This document shows positions 1 to 7,996 of a stretch of 35,026 nucleotides of DNA, one piece after another (positions within the stretch are counted from its first letter, which is position 1; the number at the start of each line of letters is the position of its first letter). A model generated the notes under the pieces. That model made no database searches. It saw nothing but the letters and a program-made list of their open reading frames with translations, and was not told the origin of the DNA. Both the position numbers and the translations under genes were made by a program. The stretch lies in IMG/VR virus record IMGVR_UViG_2698536657_000017, positions 1 to 35,026 of that record. One strand, written 5' to 3'. Source of the stretch: a virus (Duplodnaviria > Heunggongvirae > Uroviricota > Caudoviricetes).

Positions 1-651
1 TTAGTCTTTATCTGCCGGACTTAAGGTCACAGAAGAGAGATAATTCAGCAGGGCGATATCGTTCTCGACACCCAGCTTCATCATCGCAGATTTCTTCTGG
101 CTACTGATGGTTTTAATACTGCGGTTCAGCTTTTTAGCGATCTCGGTCACCAGGAAGCCTTCCGCAAACAGGCGCAGAACTTCACTCTCTTTTGGGGAGA
201 GACGCTTGTCACCGTAACCACCAGCACTGATTTTTTCCAACAGGCGAGAAACGCTTTCCGGGGTAAATTTCTTCCCTTTCTGCAGCGCGGCGAGAGCTTT
301 CGGCAGATCGGTCGGTGCACCTTGTTTCAGCACGATCCCTTCGATATCCAGATCCAATACCGCACTAAGAATCGCCGGGTTGTTGTTCATGGTCAGAACA
401 ATGATCGACAGGCTTGGGAAATGGCGCTTGATGTACTTGATTAAGGTAATGCCATCGCCGTACTTATCGCCAGGCATGGAGAGATCGGTAATCAACACAT
501 GCGCATCCAGTTTCGGCAGGTTGTTGATCAGTGCTGTAGAGTCTTCAAATTCGCCGACAACATTCACCCACTCAATTTGCTCAAGTGATTTGCGAATACC
601 GAACAAGACTATCGGATGGTCATCGGCAATAATTACGTTCATATTGTTCAT
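1..651 (-). CDS. rcsB: Rcs phosphorelay response regulator RcsB, complete (216 aa)
   Basis: Full ORF MNNMNVIIADDHPIVLFGIRKSL...SVTLSPADKD. It has a receiver domain (DD..D..K pattern) plus a LuxR/FixJ-type C-terminal HTH (LSPKESEVLRLFAEGFLVTEIAKKLNRSIKTISSQK). It matches my memory of E. coli RcsB end to end. Confidence 0.97.
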   Translation of the reverse strand: MNNMNVIIADDHPIVLFGIRKSLEQIEWVNVVGEFEDSTALINNLPKLDAHVLITDLSMPGDKYGDGITLIKYIKRHFPSLSIIVLTMNNNPAILSAVLDLDIEGIVLKQGAPTDLPKALAALQKGKKFTPESVSRLLEKISAGGYGDKRLSPKESEVLRLFAEGFLVTEIAKKLNRSIKTISSQKKSAMMKLGVENDIALLNYLSSVTLSPADKD

Positions 652-695
652 GTACTTGTACCTATGTATTAACTATTTGATTTTAAAAATATATT

Positions 696-1985
696 CTATG
701 CTTTGTTTAGTCGTTGGGGCACCTGTGGGACATAAGTACATAGCTTTCTGTTTAGTACTTCTACCTGGGACTGGTTATTGTCTTTCATCCATGCACCGTA
801 AACATTGTAAACCATCTGGGCATTCGCATGTCCCATCTGGTTGGCTATGAAGTTTGGATTTGCTCCGGCAGTTAAAGCCCAGCAAGCATAAGTATGCCGA
901 GACTGATACGCTTTTCTATGGCGAATTTTTGCTCGTTTTAATGCAGATTCCCATGTTCTGTTGATGGATGTTACGGCATAATGAACTCCTGAGTTACCTG
1001 TGCGATCTAATATCTGAGGATTGAAAACAAAGCTGCATGAGTGAGTGCTTGTCCGGCCATACTCTCGCAGCTTTACTTCTATCTGATATTGTTTACCAAG
1101 CCTGGTTAATGTCGCCTGATTTTTTAATACGTCAATTGCTGGCTGTATGAGTTGTATTACCCTGTTTGTTCCTGCATCTGTTTTGGGTAGTGTAAATTCC
1201 TTTGTCTGAGTGTAATTCCTTTTGACGGTCAAGGTACCCGCTTCCAGATCGATATCCTCCCATGCCAGCCCACACAGTTCGCCATGCCGCATCCCGGTAT
1301 ATACAGCCAGCGACCAGAAATTTTTAGTTTGCTGGTGGTGGCACGCATCAATCAGTCTGGCAAACTCATCTTTTGTTAGTGGATCGGGAGGTGTTTTCGC
1401 TCTTTTCAGTGATGGAAGCTCACTGAAAGGGTTTTTGCCTATATACCCATTGTTTGCCGCAAAACGGAACATCCCGGAGATAATTGTCATATAGCTATTT
1501 ACAGTAGGTACACTACGACCTTTAATAGGCTTCCTCTGATTTTTTCCTGGCAACTGATATCCCGTTAATAATTCTTTACGAAAAATGAGAACATCTTCCT
1601 GTGTAATTGATGATGCCAGTTTGTTCCCTCCAAGGCAGTCAAGGCAATTTCGGATAGCTGATTTGTATCTGACCATGGCATTTGCTGTTATTTCCATTTT
1701 CTTAAGCTCAAGCCATTTTTCCGAAAGTGCCTTAATGGTTATCTCTTTTTTTCCCAGACCAAAGTGTTTCAGGTTAGGGGAATTAGGGAACTGCGCGGCG
1801 TAGTCGAAGCTCCCCATTCTGATTGCAAAACAAACGGAAGTACGAAGTTCACCTGCGATCTTCCGGTTTTTGGCGGTGTCAGGAACACCGAGGTTTTCTC
1901 TGACACGTTTGCCGTTATAGTGAAACCATATGCGGAGTGATCCGCCATGGTTTTCAACGCCTGTCGGGTATGATGCGTTACTCAT
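696..1985 (-). CDS. int: Tyrosine recombinase / phage integrase (429 aa)
   Basis: N-terminal arm-binding-type segment (GSLRIWFHYNGKRVRENLG). C-terminal catalytic signature: R in TGMRHGEL, HxxR-like SRHTYACW, GHAN, and Y in VYNVYGAW. It is the first phage gene next to host DNA and is followed by xis. Confidence 0.9.
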   Translation of the reverse strand: MSNASYPTGVENHGGSLRIWFHYNGKRVRENLGVPDTAKNRKIAGELRTSVCFAIRMGSFDYAAQFPNSPNLKHFGLGKKEITIKALSEKWLELKKMEITANAMVRYKSAIRNCLDCLGGNKLASSITQEDVLIFRKELLTGYQLPGKNQRKPIKGRSVPTVNSYMTIISGMFRFAANNGYIGKNPFSELPSLKRAKTPPDPLTKDEFARLIDACHHQQTKNFWSLAVYTGMRHGELCGLAWEDIDLEAGTLTVKRNYTQTKEFTLPKTDAGTNRVIQLIQPAIDVLKNQATLTRLGKQYQIEVKLREYGRTSTHSCSFVFNPQILDRTGNSGVHYAVTSINRTWESALKRAKIRHRKAYQSRHTYACWALTAGANPNFIANQMGHANAQMVYNVYGAWMKDNNQSQVEVLNRKLCTYVPQVPQRLNKA

Positions 1986-2018
1986 TAAACCTCCCAGACG
2001 TCCAGGAGCATTAACAGG

Positions 2019-2273
2019 TTAACCGGAACTTGCATTTTTGGCACCTGGTTGTTTCTGGTTTTCGATCCAGCGCATAATTTCCTCAATGTTGTATACACAT
2101 TCACTGAAAGGCCCGGGCTCTCCTTCTGCTGCGTAATGACGGTATTCTTTCCCCAGTAACCAGGATTTTTTTCTTGCTCTGGCAATGGTTCCTGATTTCA
2201 GTCCAGTTGCAGCAATAAGGGTTCTTTCTGTGCACCATTTGCTGGGCGTTATCTGATAGATGATTGTTTCCAT
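2019..2273 (-). CDS. xis: Excisionase-like protein (84 aa)
   Basis: Small ORF directly upstream of int on the same strand. The segment TGLKSGTIARARKKSWLLGKEYRH resembles the DUF1233-type putative excisionase family from memory. Confidence 0.7.
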   Translation of the reverse strand: METIIYQITPSKWCTERTLIAATGLKSGTIARARKKSWLLGKEYRHYAAEGEPGPFSECVYNIEEIMRWIENQKQPGAKNASSG

Positions 2274-2280
2274 TCCTGAC

Positions 2281-2427
2281 TCACACTATCTTCAGGCCAC
2301 GGCAGTGGCACCACACGTCAAACATTCGCTTTACAACTTCACGGCAGTAGAAGCCGTGAGCATCTCTGGTTAAATCGTATCGGTACCCGTATCTGAGTCG
2401 TATCCATATTTCAAACTCGCGATTCAC
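2281..2427 (-). CDS. Hypothetical small protein (48 aa, GTG start)
   Basis: Hand-translated VNREFEIWIRLRYGYRYDLTRDAHGFYCREVVKRMFDVWCHCRGLKIV. GGAG lies upstream of the GTG. It fills the gap between neighbouring genes in a packed operon. It is below the ORF-track size cutoff. Confidence 0.35.
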   Translation of the reverse strand: MNREFEIWIRLRYGYRYDLTRDAHGFYCREVVKRMFDVWCHCRGLKIV

Positions 2428-2447
2428 GACTTATTCTCCTGCTGTCT

Positions 2448-2690
2448 TTATGCCAGTTCATCCGGTTGCGCTGGGGCCCAGGCCTTCCGTGGCCTGTATT
2501 TGCGGCGTTTTCTGGCTTCAATGCGTATCTTTGTCACCCTGACTGGCTTTGGTTCGTGCCGGAACACTTTGTTTCTGATATTACGCCGTGTATTCATCAT
2601 CCAGATAAAACGCTGGGTATGGTCGCATCCGTCATCAACGGTAATTACTGTGCGGACCAGTTCATCGTTAATATCAACCATTTCACCCAT
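2448..2690 (-). CDS. Hypothetical early protein with a very basic C-terminus (80 aa)
   Basis: Its start overlaps the stop of the upstream gene by 8 nt, which is operon packing. The C-terminal tail KIRIEARKRRKYRPRKAW is very basic. No family recognised. Confidence 0.5.
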   Translation of the reverse strand: MGEMVDINDELVRTVITVDDGCDHTQRFIWMMNTRRNIRNKVFRHEPKPVRVTKIRIEARKRRKYRPRKAWAPAQPDELA

Positions 2691-3585
2691 TCACTGAGCC
2701 CTCATACGCGAATTTCGTGGCTTCCATCAGTTGCGTCCATACCCATTCAAGAAATTGTGCGTTTTCTCCTGAGCGGTCATATTCATCGACGCTGCGGGGC
2801 TTGATGGTCGCCAGTAGTGGCACAATCCGGTACTTCATCTGTTCGGTTAACTTGTCCGGTACAAGTCGCCAGCCGTTATATTTCGATGGAACATGGTGGT
2901 ATTCAGCCAGGAAGCGTCGTATATCGTTTTTCATTTCCTCGCATGAGTTCTGATCATGAAGTGCAGCGGAAAGCCAGCGTCCGATATATTCAGGGATTCG
3001 CACATCAAGTACTTTTTCTGCCGTCGTCAGCATTGCCTGTCGGCAGGCGTTCCAGCCGTTGACATAGTGACGTGTTGCATCCCATGAAACCTGCACATCA
3101 GGGTAAGCATCCTGTTCTGTTCTCACTGGCGGTATCTGAGGAACAGTGAATAGTGGACTGACGATATATTTATCCAGAGAGCCTCCCCGCTCTTCTGCAA
3201 GACTTTCCCACGATGTCATTGTGGGGACCCTGTAACCTGCTTTTTTGTGCGTATACATCCATGCCACTCTGCCGTTATCATCTGCGGCGGCAATGCGCTG
3301 CCAGGCAGGATAAAGCGGGGTGTATGTTTCTCTGTCATTACGGGCGTCAGGCATGGCATCAATACTGCAAACTTCCCCCGTAAGGTTATTCAGCCAGGCC
3401 TTCGGGCTAATCTCTGACGTTACGATTTCATCCAGTTTTTTCTCCAGATTTTCTATGTGACTGATTAGCGCAAGGATAACTGGCGGAGTGGCAAGGGAGT
3501 GAAATGCTTCCAGATCACATCCCTTGTCTCCATATACGGTATTTTGTGCGGCGTCACGCAGTGCTTTCAGATCAGCTTCTTTCAT
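2683..3585 (-). CDS. Hypothetical early protein, Ead/Ea22-like N-terminus (300 aa)
   Basis: Long ORF. Its start overlaps the upstream stop as ATGA. The N-terminus MKEADLKALRDAAQN resembles Ead/Ea22-like lambdoid early proteins from memory only. Confidence 0.6.
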   Translation of the reverse strand: MKEADLKALRDAAQNTVYGDKGCDLEAFHSLATPPVILALISHIENLEKKLDEIVTSEISPKAWLNNLTGEVCSIDAMPDARNDRETYTPLYPAWQRIAAADDNGRVAWMYTHKKAGYRVPTMTSWESLAEERGGSLDKYIVSPLFTVPQIPPVRTEQDAYPDVQVSWDATRHYVNGWNACRQAMLTTAEKVLDVRIPEYIGRWLSAALHDQNSCEEMKNDIRRFLAEYHHVPSKYNGWRLVPDKLTEQMKYRIVPLLATIKPRSVDEYDRSGENAQFLEWVWTQLMEATKFAYEGSVNG

Positions 3586-3806
3586 CGTTCAGACTCCCTT
3601 GTTGCTGTTTTGTAGGCGCGCAGGATGTCGCGTGTTTTTCCTGATAATGACGACTTAACCAGGAAAAAGCCGCTCCGGCTTTCTGTGATGTCCGGCGTGC
3701 ACAGAAGTACCGCATCAACGACACGATTATGTTTTCGCAATGTCAGGCGGGAACTGGTGATAATCAGTTTTGCCTGTTCGCCGTAATCGGTGAATGAAAT
3801 AATCAT
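3582..3806 (-). CDS. Hypothetical protein (74 aa)
   Basis: I chose the internal start MIISFTDYGEQ, which lies just after the stop of the upstream gene (3823) and has GGAG upstream. The longer 144-aa version in the ORF track would overlap the neighbouring gene by about 190 nt. Confidence 0.5.
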   Translation of the reverse strand: MIISFTDYGEQAKLIITSSRLTLRKHNRVVDAVLLCTPDITESRSGFFLVKSSLSGKTRDILRAYKTATRESER

Positions 3807-3822
3807 CTGATGGCGATCTCCG

Positions 3823-4185
3823 TTATGAAAGTGTTCCTGCTGGTTCAATGCTGATAATTTCTGCTGCAATAAGCATACCTGCCAGCCATGCTTCGCCGAG
3901 CATGTCCTCATCCGTACATGCAAGATCACCGATCTGTATTGTGGCCATAATGTTAGTTTCACCGGTATATTCATCCTGTGCTTCTTCATACGGCAGGTTT
4001 TCATAAAGGTTTTCAATTGCGCAGGTTATTACATCCAGTCCCGTCAGATTGCCGACAACGTCCACTTCAAATGTTTCGCGGTACTCCCATTGCCCGAGTG
4101 TCAGACGAACCGTCTGTCTTGCCATGCGCCCGCATAATGTCATGTTCGGGTCGTAGTTCATGATTGCCGCAGTAGTGCTATTCAT
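3823..4185 (-). CDS. Hypothetical acidic protein (120 aa)
   Basis: The start MNSTTAAIMNYDP is preceded by GGAGG at a 5-nt spacing and overlaps the upstream stop by 8 nt. No family recognised. Confidence 0.6.
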   Translation of the reverse strand: MNSTTAAIMNYDPNMTLCGRMARQTVRLTLGQWEYRETFEVDVVGNLTGLDVITCAIENLYENLPYEEAQDEYTGETNIMATIQIGDLACTDEDMLGEAWLAGMLIAAEIISIEPAGTLS

Positions 4186-5047
4186 GTTCTGCCTCCGGTG
4201 TGTAAATAGCTTTGTCGTGTTTAAATTCACCGTTCCAGTTTTTCTTCATAGGGAGTTCACCGTTCATGTAAAACTGGTATAAACGGTGGCATCCTTTTTC
4301 CAGCAATACGGGGGTGAATTTCGTGAATGTTGCTTTCCCGTGTGGAGTGATCTGTACTGCTTCTTCGGTCAGGTATCTGTCACGGGCATAAGAGGCCGTG
4401 CGCCAGCGGGGTGTTTTCTCCGGATCGCGTTGTTCGTTGAATACCCATTTTCGGCCAGACAGCCACCACATTATCTGGCTGGTATTTACGCCGTTCAGCG
4501 CACGGCAGAACTGGGGAACAGTCATGCCTTTAGAGAAATGTTTTTCCAGACTGTCTACGGTTGCAGAGAGCGTTTTATTTTCCAGGGCCATAGCTTCAGC
4601 CCGTTCTTCGGCCTCAATAACCATCAACGCGAGTTCCTTGCGAGTGAGTACGCGCTGAACATCGATGTTTTCCCGCTGAGTGAAGTAGAACTCCACAAGG
4701 TCTTCGTGATAGTTCCACGCCTGATCCGTTTCCAGCAATTTTGCGTGGTTGGCTGCGCCGCGTTCGGTCCAGAGGATGAGGGATCGAACATTGCTGGCAA
4801 TTTTCACAGAGTAGCTTTGAGATACTCTGTGCTTAAGTTCACGTAGTTCATCGCCTTCCAGCAAAAAATAATGCTTTCCAACAACGAATCGTTCTTCGTT
4901 TCGGGAATGATTCTGGCGAATACGGATTGGTGTTGCTCCATAACCTGCCGCCAGTTGTTCAGTGGTCACAACGCGTTGACCGCGATATTCGATAATTTGC
5001 AAATCACGGGCTGCCACCGGCACAAGTTCAGTTGATTTTTTCATCAT
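4178..5047 (-). CDS. Antirepressor-like protein, ORF6N N-terminal domain plus KilAC-type C-terminal domain (289 aa)
   Basis: N-terminal LQIIEYRGQRVVTTEQLAAGYGATPIRIRQNHSRNEERFVVGKHYFLLEGDELRELK is typical of ORF6N/KilA-N-like domains. The C-terminal half (MTVPQFCRALNGVNTSQIMWWL) resembles phage antirepressor KilAC. GAGG RBS present. Confidence 0.75.
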   Translation of the reverse strand: MMKKSTELVPVAARDLQIIEYRGQRVVTTEQLAAGYGATPIRIRQNHSRNEERFVVGKHYFLLEGDELRELKHRVSQSYSVKIASNVRSLILWTERGAANHAKLLETDQAWNYHEDLVEFYFTQRENIDVQRVLTRKELALMVIEAEERAEAMALENKTLSATVDSLEKHFSKGMTVPQFCRALNGVNTSQIMWWLSGRKWVFNEQRDPEKTPRWRTASYARDRYLTEEAVQITPHGKATFTKFTPVLLEKGCHRLYQFYMNGELPMKKNWNGEFKHDKAIYTPEAEHE

Positions 5048-5067
5048 TACACCTCACGAAAAGCTGA

Positions 5068-5652
5068 TTAGTGGAACACTCTGGTTTCCGGTTCTGAGTT
5101 GTCAGTGGCTTCACTGATAAGCCCATCCAGAATCATGTGCATCGCTCTGTAACCTTCCATTGTGATGCCGGTTTTTTCGCCGTCGCCCAGAGCGCCGGTG
5201 AATGCTTTGTACATAAGAATGCTTTTGAGCAGCCCTGATTCCGCTCCGTAAGTTTCTATGAGTGCCCATTCCATATAGTTCTGCATAGCGAGACGTAATG
5301 GTTTCAGGTAGATTGTCATGCCACCGTTGTGGCCTCTGTACATGGTGCCCTTGTCTGTACCGCCATTCTCGTTAAGCACTTCGGTCCAGCCGTTTCTGGT
5401 GAGCTGTTCAGAGAAGAACATGGCGGTATAAAGCCAGCGCCAGTACATGATTGTCTTTTCCGGCGCTAGCTCACCTGTCATGCCTTTTTCTTCTGCTTCA
5501 CTGATGCAACACACTATTTCCAGACCATGCCAGATCGGCTCGTCAAAACAGCCTTCATCGAGCATTTCCAGTGCTTTGTTGATATCAAGCAGTCCGTAAG
5601 GTGTGTGGATACCTTCAGCGGTAAGAAAAAATAACTGTTCAGTTGCAGTCAT
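5068..5652 (-). CDS. Hypothetical protein (194 aa)
   Basis: I chose the start MTATEQLFFLT, which overlaps the upstream gene's stop by 14 nt. The 257-aa version in the track would overlap the 186-aa ORF heavily. No family recognised. Confidence 0.6.
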   Translation of the reverse strand: MTATEQLFFLTAEGIHTPYGLLDINKALEMLDEGCFDEPIWHGLEIVCCISEAEEKGMTGELAPEKTIMYWRWLYTAMFFSEQLTRNGWTEVLNENGGTDKGTMYRGHNGGMTIYLKPLRLAMQNYMEWALIETYGAESGLLKSILMYKAFTGALGDGEKTGITMEGYRAMHMILDGLISEATDNSEPETRVFH

Positions 5653-6199
5653 GGTTTGCTCTCTTCTTAAATGGTCTTTGCGCGACAAGCCGGCAATACT
5701 GATCAATCCAGGCGTTGTATTTTTCCATCCAGGCATCAAACTGTTTTCTGCGTGCAAGGATGCGCAACAGGCGATGAAAACAACGCCCGTGAGCTCTGTA
5801 GTATTCGGGCGTAATTTCTCCCGGATGAAAGACTTCTCCATATTCCGGATGCATCAGGCGCTGGTCAGGCAGACGTTTTTCAAAACCTGAACTTTCGAAT
5901 ACCTTCGTTGTCATAAAATGAGCGAGATGTATGATGGCCGTTTTTCGCGTGAAGCATTTCTTAACTTGTCCGTGGCGGCAGACTCTGTAAACAGGGCCGC
6001 AATCGAGTTCGTATTTATGAAAAGCACGGTCGATTCCGGCATTATTTATTGCACTGTATTCCGCATCACTGAAGAAAGGTGGAAATACGATGTATCCTTC
6101 CATTGTCAGCGCCAGAACGCGCGGATCGGTTTCTGTCAGCCATTCGTTTTCTGTGAATTCTTCAGAATTAATTTCAATGATTTCAGGTTCTTCTTTCAT
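5639..6199 (-). CDS. Hypothetical protein (186 aa)
   Basis: Clean ORF with GGAG upstream (cacGGAGtaaccATG). No family recognised. Confidence 0.6.
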   Translation of the reverse strand: MKEEPEIIEINSEEFTENEWLTETDPRVLALTMEGYIVFPPFFSDAEYSAINNAGIDRAFHKYELDCGPVYRVCRHGQVKKCFTRKTAIIHLAHFMTTKVFESSGFEKRLPDQRLMHPEYGEVFHPGEITPEYYRAHGRCFHRLLRILARRKQFDAWMEKYNAWIDQYCRLVAQRPFKKRANHDCN

Positions 6200-6371
6200 G
6201 GTTACTCCGTGTTCATCCGGTGTTAATTACTTTTATTCACTCTGAGCGCAGCCAGAAGATGTGGCTCAGCAATTCGTTTGTTGCGATATATCTGTGATAC
6301 AGCCTGGCCTTTTCAGGTCGTAAAAATCCCCGACAATAAAGCTGTAAATTAATTACTGTTCTTAAATAATG

Positions 6372-6566
6372 TTATTCGTTTTCAGTCCGGCACAGATGCT
6401 TTTCTGCTTTGTCTGCTGTACAGGATAATGAGCGGAAAAGACAATTCATCATGTTTAGCGCATCTGGTGAACCAATATCACCGCTGTCAATAATCACCTG
6501 TAACAAAGACAGGCTTTCTGTTATCTCGCAGTGGACATTATCGAGTACTTCAACGCAATTATTCAT
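6372..6566 (-). CDS. Hypothetical small protein (64 aa), paralog of 7144-7344
   Basis: The ORF aligns by eye with the 66-aa ORF at 7144-7344. Shared pattern: L-x-x-V-x-x-E-I-x-E-x-x-S-x-L ... SGD-x-G ... L-x-RS ... C-x-x-KA. Confidence 0.5.
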   Translation of the reverse strand: MNNCVEVLDNVHCEITESLSLLQVIIDSGDIGSPDALNMMNCLFRSLSCTADKAEKHLCRTENE

Positions 6567-6606
6567 TTTTCATTATCTCCGTTATTCCGGGGGAGGAGCT
6601 ATGCTG

Positions 6607-6969
6607 TTAATGATTAACGCATCCGGTAATATGCCCCTCTTTAATGTAATCGATGCATTCATTCAAAAGTTCATCAATGATTAACTTTCCTGATTCAGTC
6701 AGATACTCACCATGTTGGTTGATACCGACAGCATCCTGGTATGCAGTGCGTATTGCTGTTTCACCATCTTTCCGCCCAAACTCACCACGGGTAACGCCTT
6801 CAAATCGTAATAGCAACTGGCTTATGAACTGTTCTGTTATTTCAATAGTTGTTAACTCTCCATCATGACGCTTTACAGTGAGGAGATTACTTCCTGTTTT
6901 TCGTTTCATCCGCCGCAGTGCTGCAACCGTTATGCGGCGACGATATGCAGAAATGTATTCATCTTTCAT
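6607..6969 (-). CDS. Hypothetical protein (120 aa)
   Basis: ORF in the packed operon, with its start 3 nt after the stop of the small upstream ORF. No family recognised. Confidence 0.55.
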   Translation of the reverse strand: MKDEYISAYRRRITVAALRRMKRKTGSNLLTVKRHDGELTTIEITEQFISQLLLRFEGVTRGEFGRKDGETAIRTAYQDAVGINQHGEYLTESGKLIIDELLNECIDYIKEGHITGCVNH

Positions 6970-6972
6970 TTG

Positions 6973-7071
6973 TTATTTCCCGTATGCCTTTTTGAGAAAC
7001 AATACTGCAACTGACCAGTATCCGGCATCAGCCATTAATAAAGCGGTTTTATAGGCATGTTTGTTTTTCAT
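6973..7071 (-). CDS. Hypothetical small peptide (32 aa)
   Basis: Hand-translated MKNKHAYKTALLMADAGYWSVAVLFLKKAYGK. GGGGA lies 7 nt upstream, and the stop is 3 nt before the next start. It is below the ORF-track cutoff. Confidence 0.35.
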   Translation of the reverse strand: MKNKHAYKTALLMADAGYWSVAVLFLKKAYGK

Positions 7072-7143
7072 GTGTCATCCCCATTTTAAAATAGTGAGAA
7101 CTCCCGACCGCAGACCGTCATGTTTTTATGTATGATTGTCTGT

Positions 7144-7344
7144 TTAATTTCCTTTATTCGTTCTCAGAGCATCAACATACTCGTAAGCCTTTTCACAGGT
7201 TTTATTCATGGAACGAATCAGACAAAGTAAGAAATCATCTGTCTCTCCGTTATCACCAGAGTTTTTAAATATAAACTCAAGCATTGACGTGTTTTCTTTT
7301 ATTTCTGCTGCCACTTCCTCAAGCATAATCAGGGGAGTTTTCAT
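7144..7344 (-). CDS. Hypothetical small protein (66 aa), paralog of 6372-6566
   Basis: ATGA start/stop overlap with the upstream gene. See the paralogy noted for 6372-6566. Confidence 0.5.
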   Translation of the reverse strand: MKTPLIMLEEVAAEIKENTSMLEFIFKNSGDNGETDDFLLCLIRSMNKTCEKAYEYVDALRTNKGN

Positions 7345-7532
7345 GTTCTTTGTTCCTTAAATGCATCGCATGCGCTTCTGGCGTATTGTTGTGCCAGTAA
7401 AAATATGTCATCCGAAAGTTCATCACATTCTTCATCACCGGAAGCCGAAATGATTAACCCCGCTTCAAGCAGTACTGCAATGTGATGAAAAGCTGTTTCC
7501 GGTTCGTTGGTGAGGCCTTTGAACATTTTCAT
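7341..7532 (-). CDS. Hypothetical small acidic protein (63 aa)
   Basis: I chose the start MKMFKGLTNEPE, which has AAGGA 8 nt upstream and lies right after the stop of the upstream gene at 7534. The 84-aa track version overlaps that gene. Confidence 0.5.
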   Translation of the reverse strand: MKMFKGLTNEPETAFHHIAVLLEAGLIISASGDEECDELSDDIFLLAQQYARSACDAFKEQRT

Positions 7533-7533
7533 C

Positions 7534-7911
7534 TTACGATTCCTTTGTCGTGTCAGAATGGAAACTTGTAAGTAACCACATCGGATCGCAGTCAAGTATA
7601 TTTGCCAGAGGAATCACCTGGCTTGCCAGAGGTTCAGCCTTGCCGTTCTCCCACTGGATGATGGTTTCTTCATCAACTCCAAGCAGCGTGGCGAGTTCAG
7701 CGGTGGATAGACCGCAGCTTTCGCGTTGGGTGCGGATGCCATCACGGCAATCTTTTTTGTTTCTCGGAGGTAACAGAATATGTTTTAGTTGTTGGATTTT
7801 TTCGATTCCAACCTCAAGGAGTACGTGACGGTTTCTTTCCGATACAGACTCCAGACTTTCATGAAGCAGCGATTCTACTTGTTCGATAAGCATCAATTGT
7901 GAAGTAGACAT
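7534..7911 (-). CDS. XRE-family HTH protein, first gene of the leftward (PL) operon (125 aa)
   Basis: C-terminal HTH GLSTAELATLLGVDEETIIQWENGKAEPLASQVIPLANIL. It sits immediately downstream of a consensus promoter and operators, in the position lambda N occupies. Confidence 0.75.
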   Translation of the reverse strand: MSTSQLMLIEQVESLLHESLESVSERNRHVLLEVGIEKIQQLKHILLPPRNKKDCRDGIRTQRESCGLSTAELATLLGVDEETIIQWENGKAEPLASQVIPLANILDCDPMWLLTSFHSDTTKES

Positions 7912-7920
7912 AAAAAAACC

Positions 7921-7952
7921 TCGTAACCAATATTTCGAAATCTAGGTTACGA
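7921..7952. promoter_or_regulatory. OL: two overlapping 18-bp operator-like palindromes (TCGTAA-N6-TTTCGA and TCGAAA-N6-TTACGA)
   Basis: TCGTAACCAATATTTCGAAATCTAGGTTACGA. It has the same half-site family as the three sites between cI and cro, and it overlaps the -10 of the leftward promoter. Confidence 0.5.
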
Positions 7953-7972
7953 GTGAGTAATGTAGGTGTCAA
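7944..7972 (-). promoter_or_regulatory. PL-like sigma70 promoter (TTGACA-17-TAACCT on the minus strand)
   Basis: Reverse complement reads TTGACAcctacattactcactcgTAACCT. The -35 is at 7967-7972 and the -10 at 7944-7949, with a 17-nt spacer, directly upstream of the HTH gene. Confidence 0.55.
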
Positions 7973-7996
7973 GAGCAATTAATGTTTTTTGTTGAA

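Noticed and set aside
380-1957. ORFs antisense to, or out of frame with, rcsB and int (380-850 plus, 1222-1494 plus, 1585-1803 plus, 1769-1957 minus)
   Set aside because: They are fully embedded in strongly supported genes, have no RBS and give low-complexity translations.
3582-4016. Longest-ORF starts given by the track for several genes (3582-4016, 3823-4230, 5068-5841, 7341-7595, 7997-8704, 8711-8977, 13480, 21254-21688, 23081, 31392, 31756)
   Set aside because: The long versions overlap neighbouring genes or regulatory sites extensively. Internal starts with Shine-Dalgarno sequences and stop/start coupling fit the operon packing better. Start sites remain predictions.
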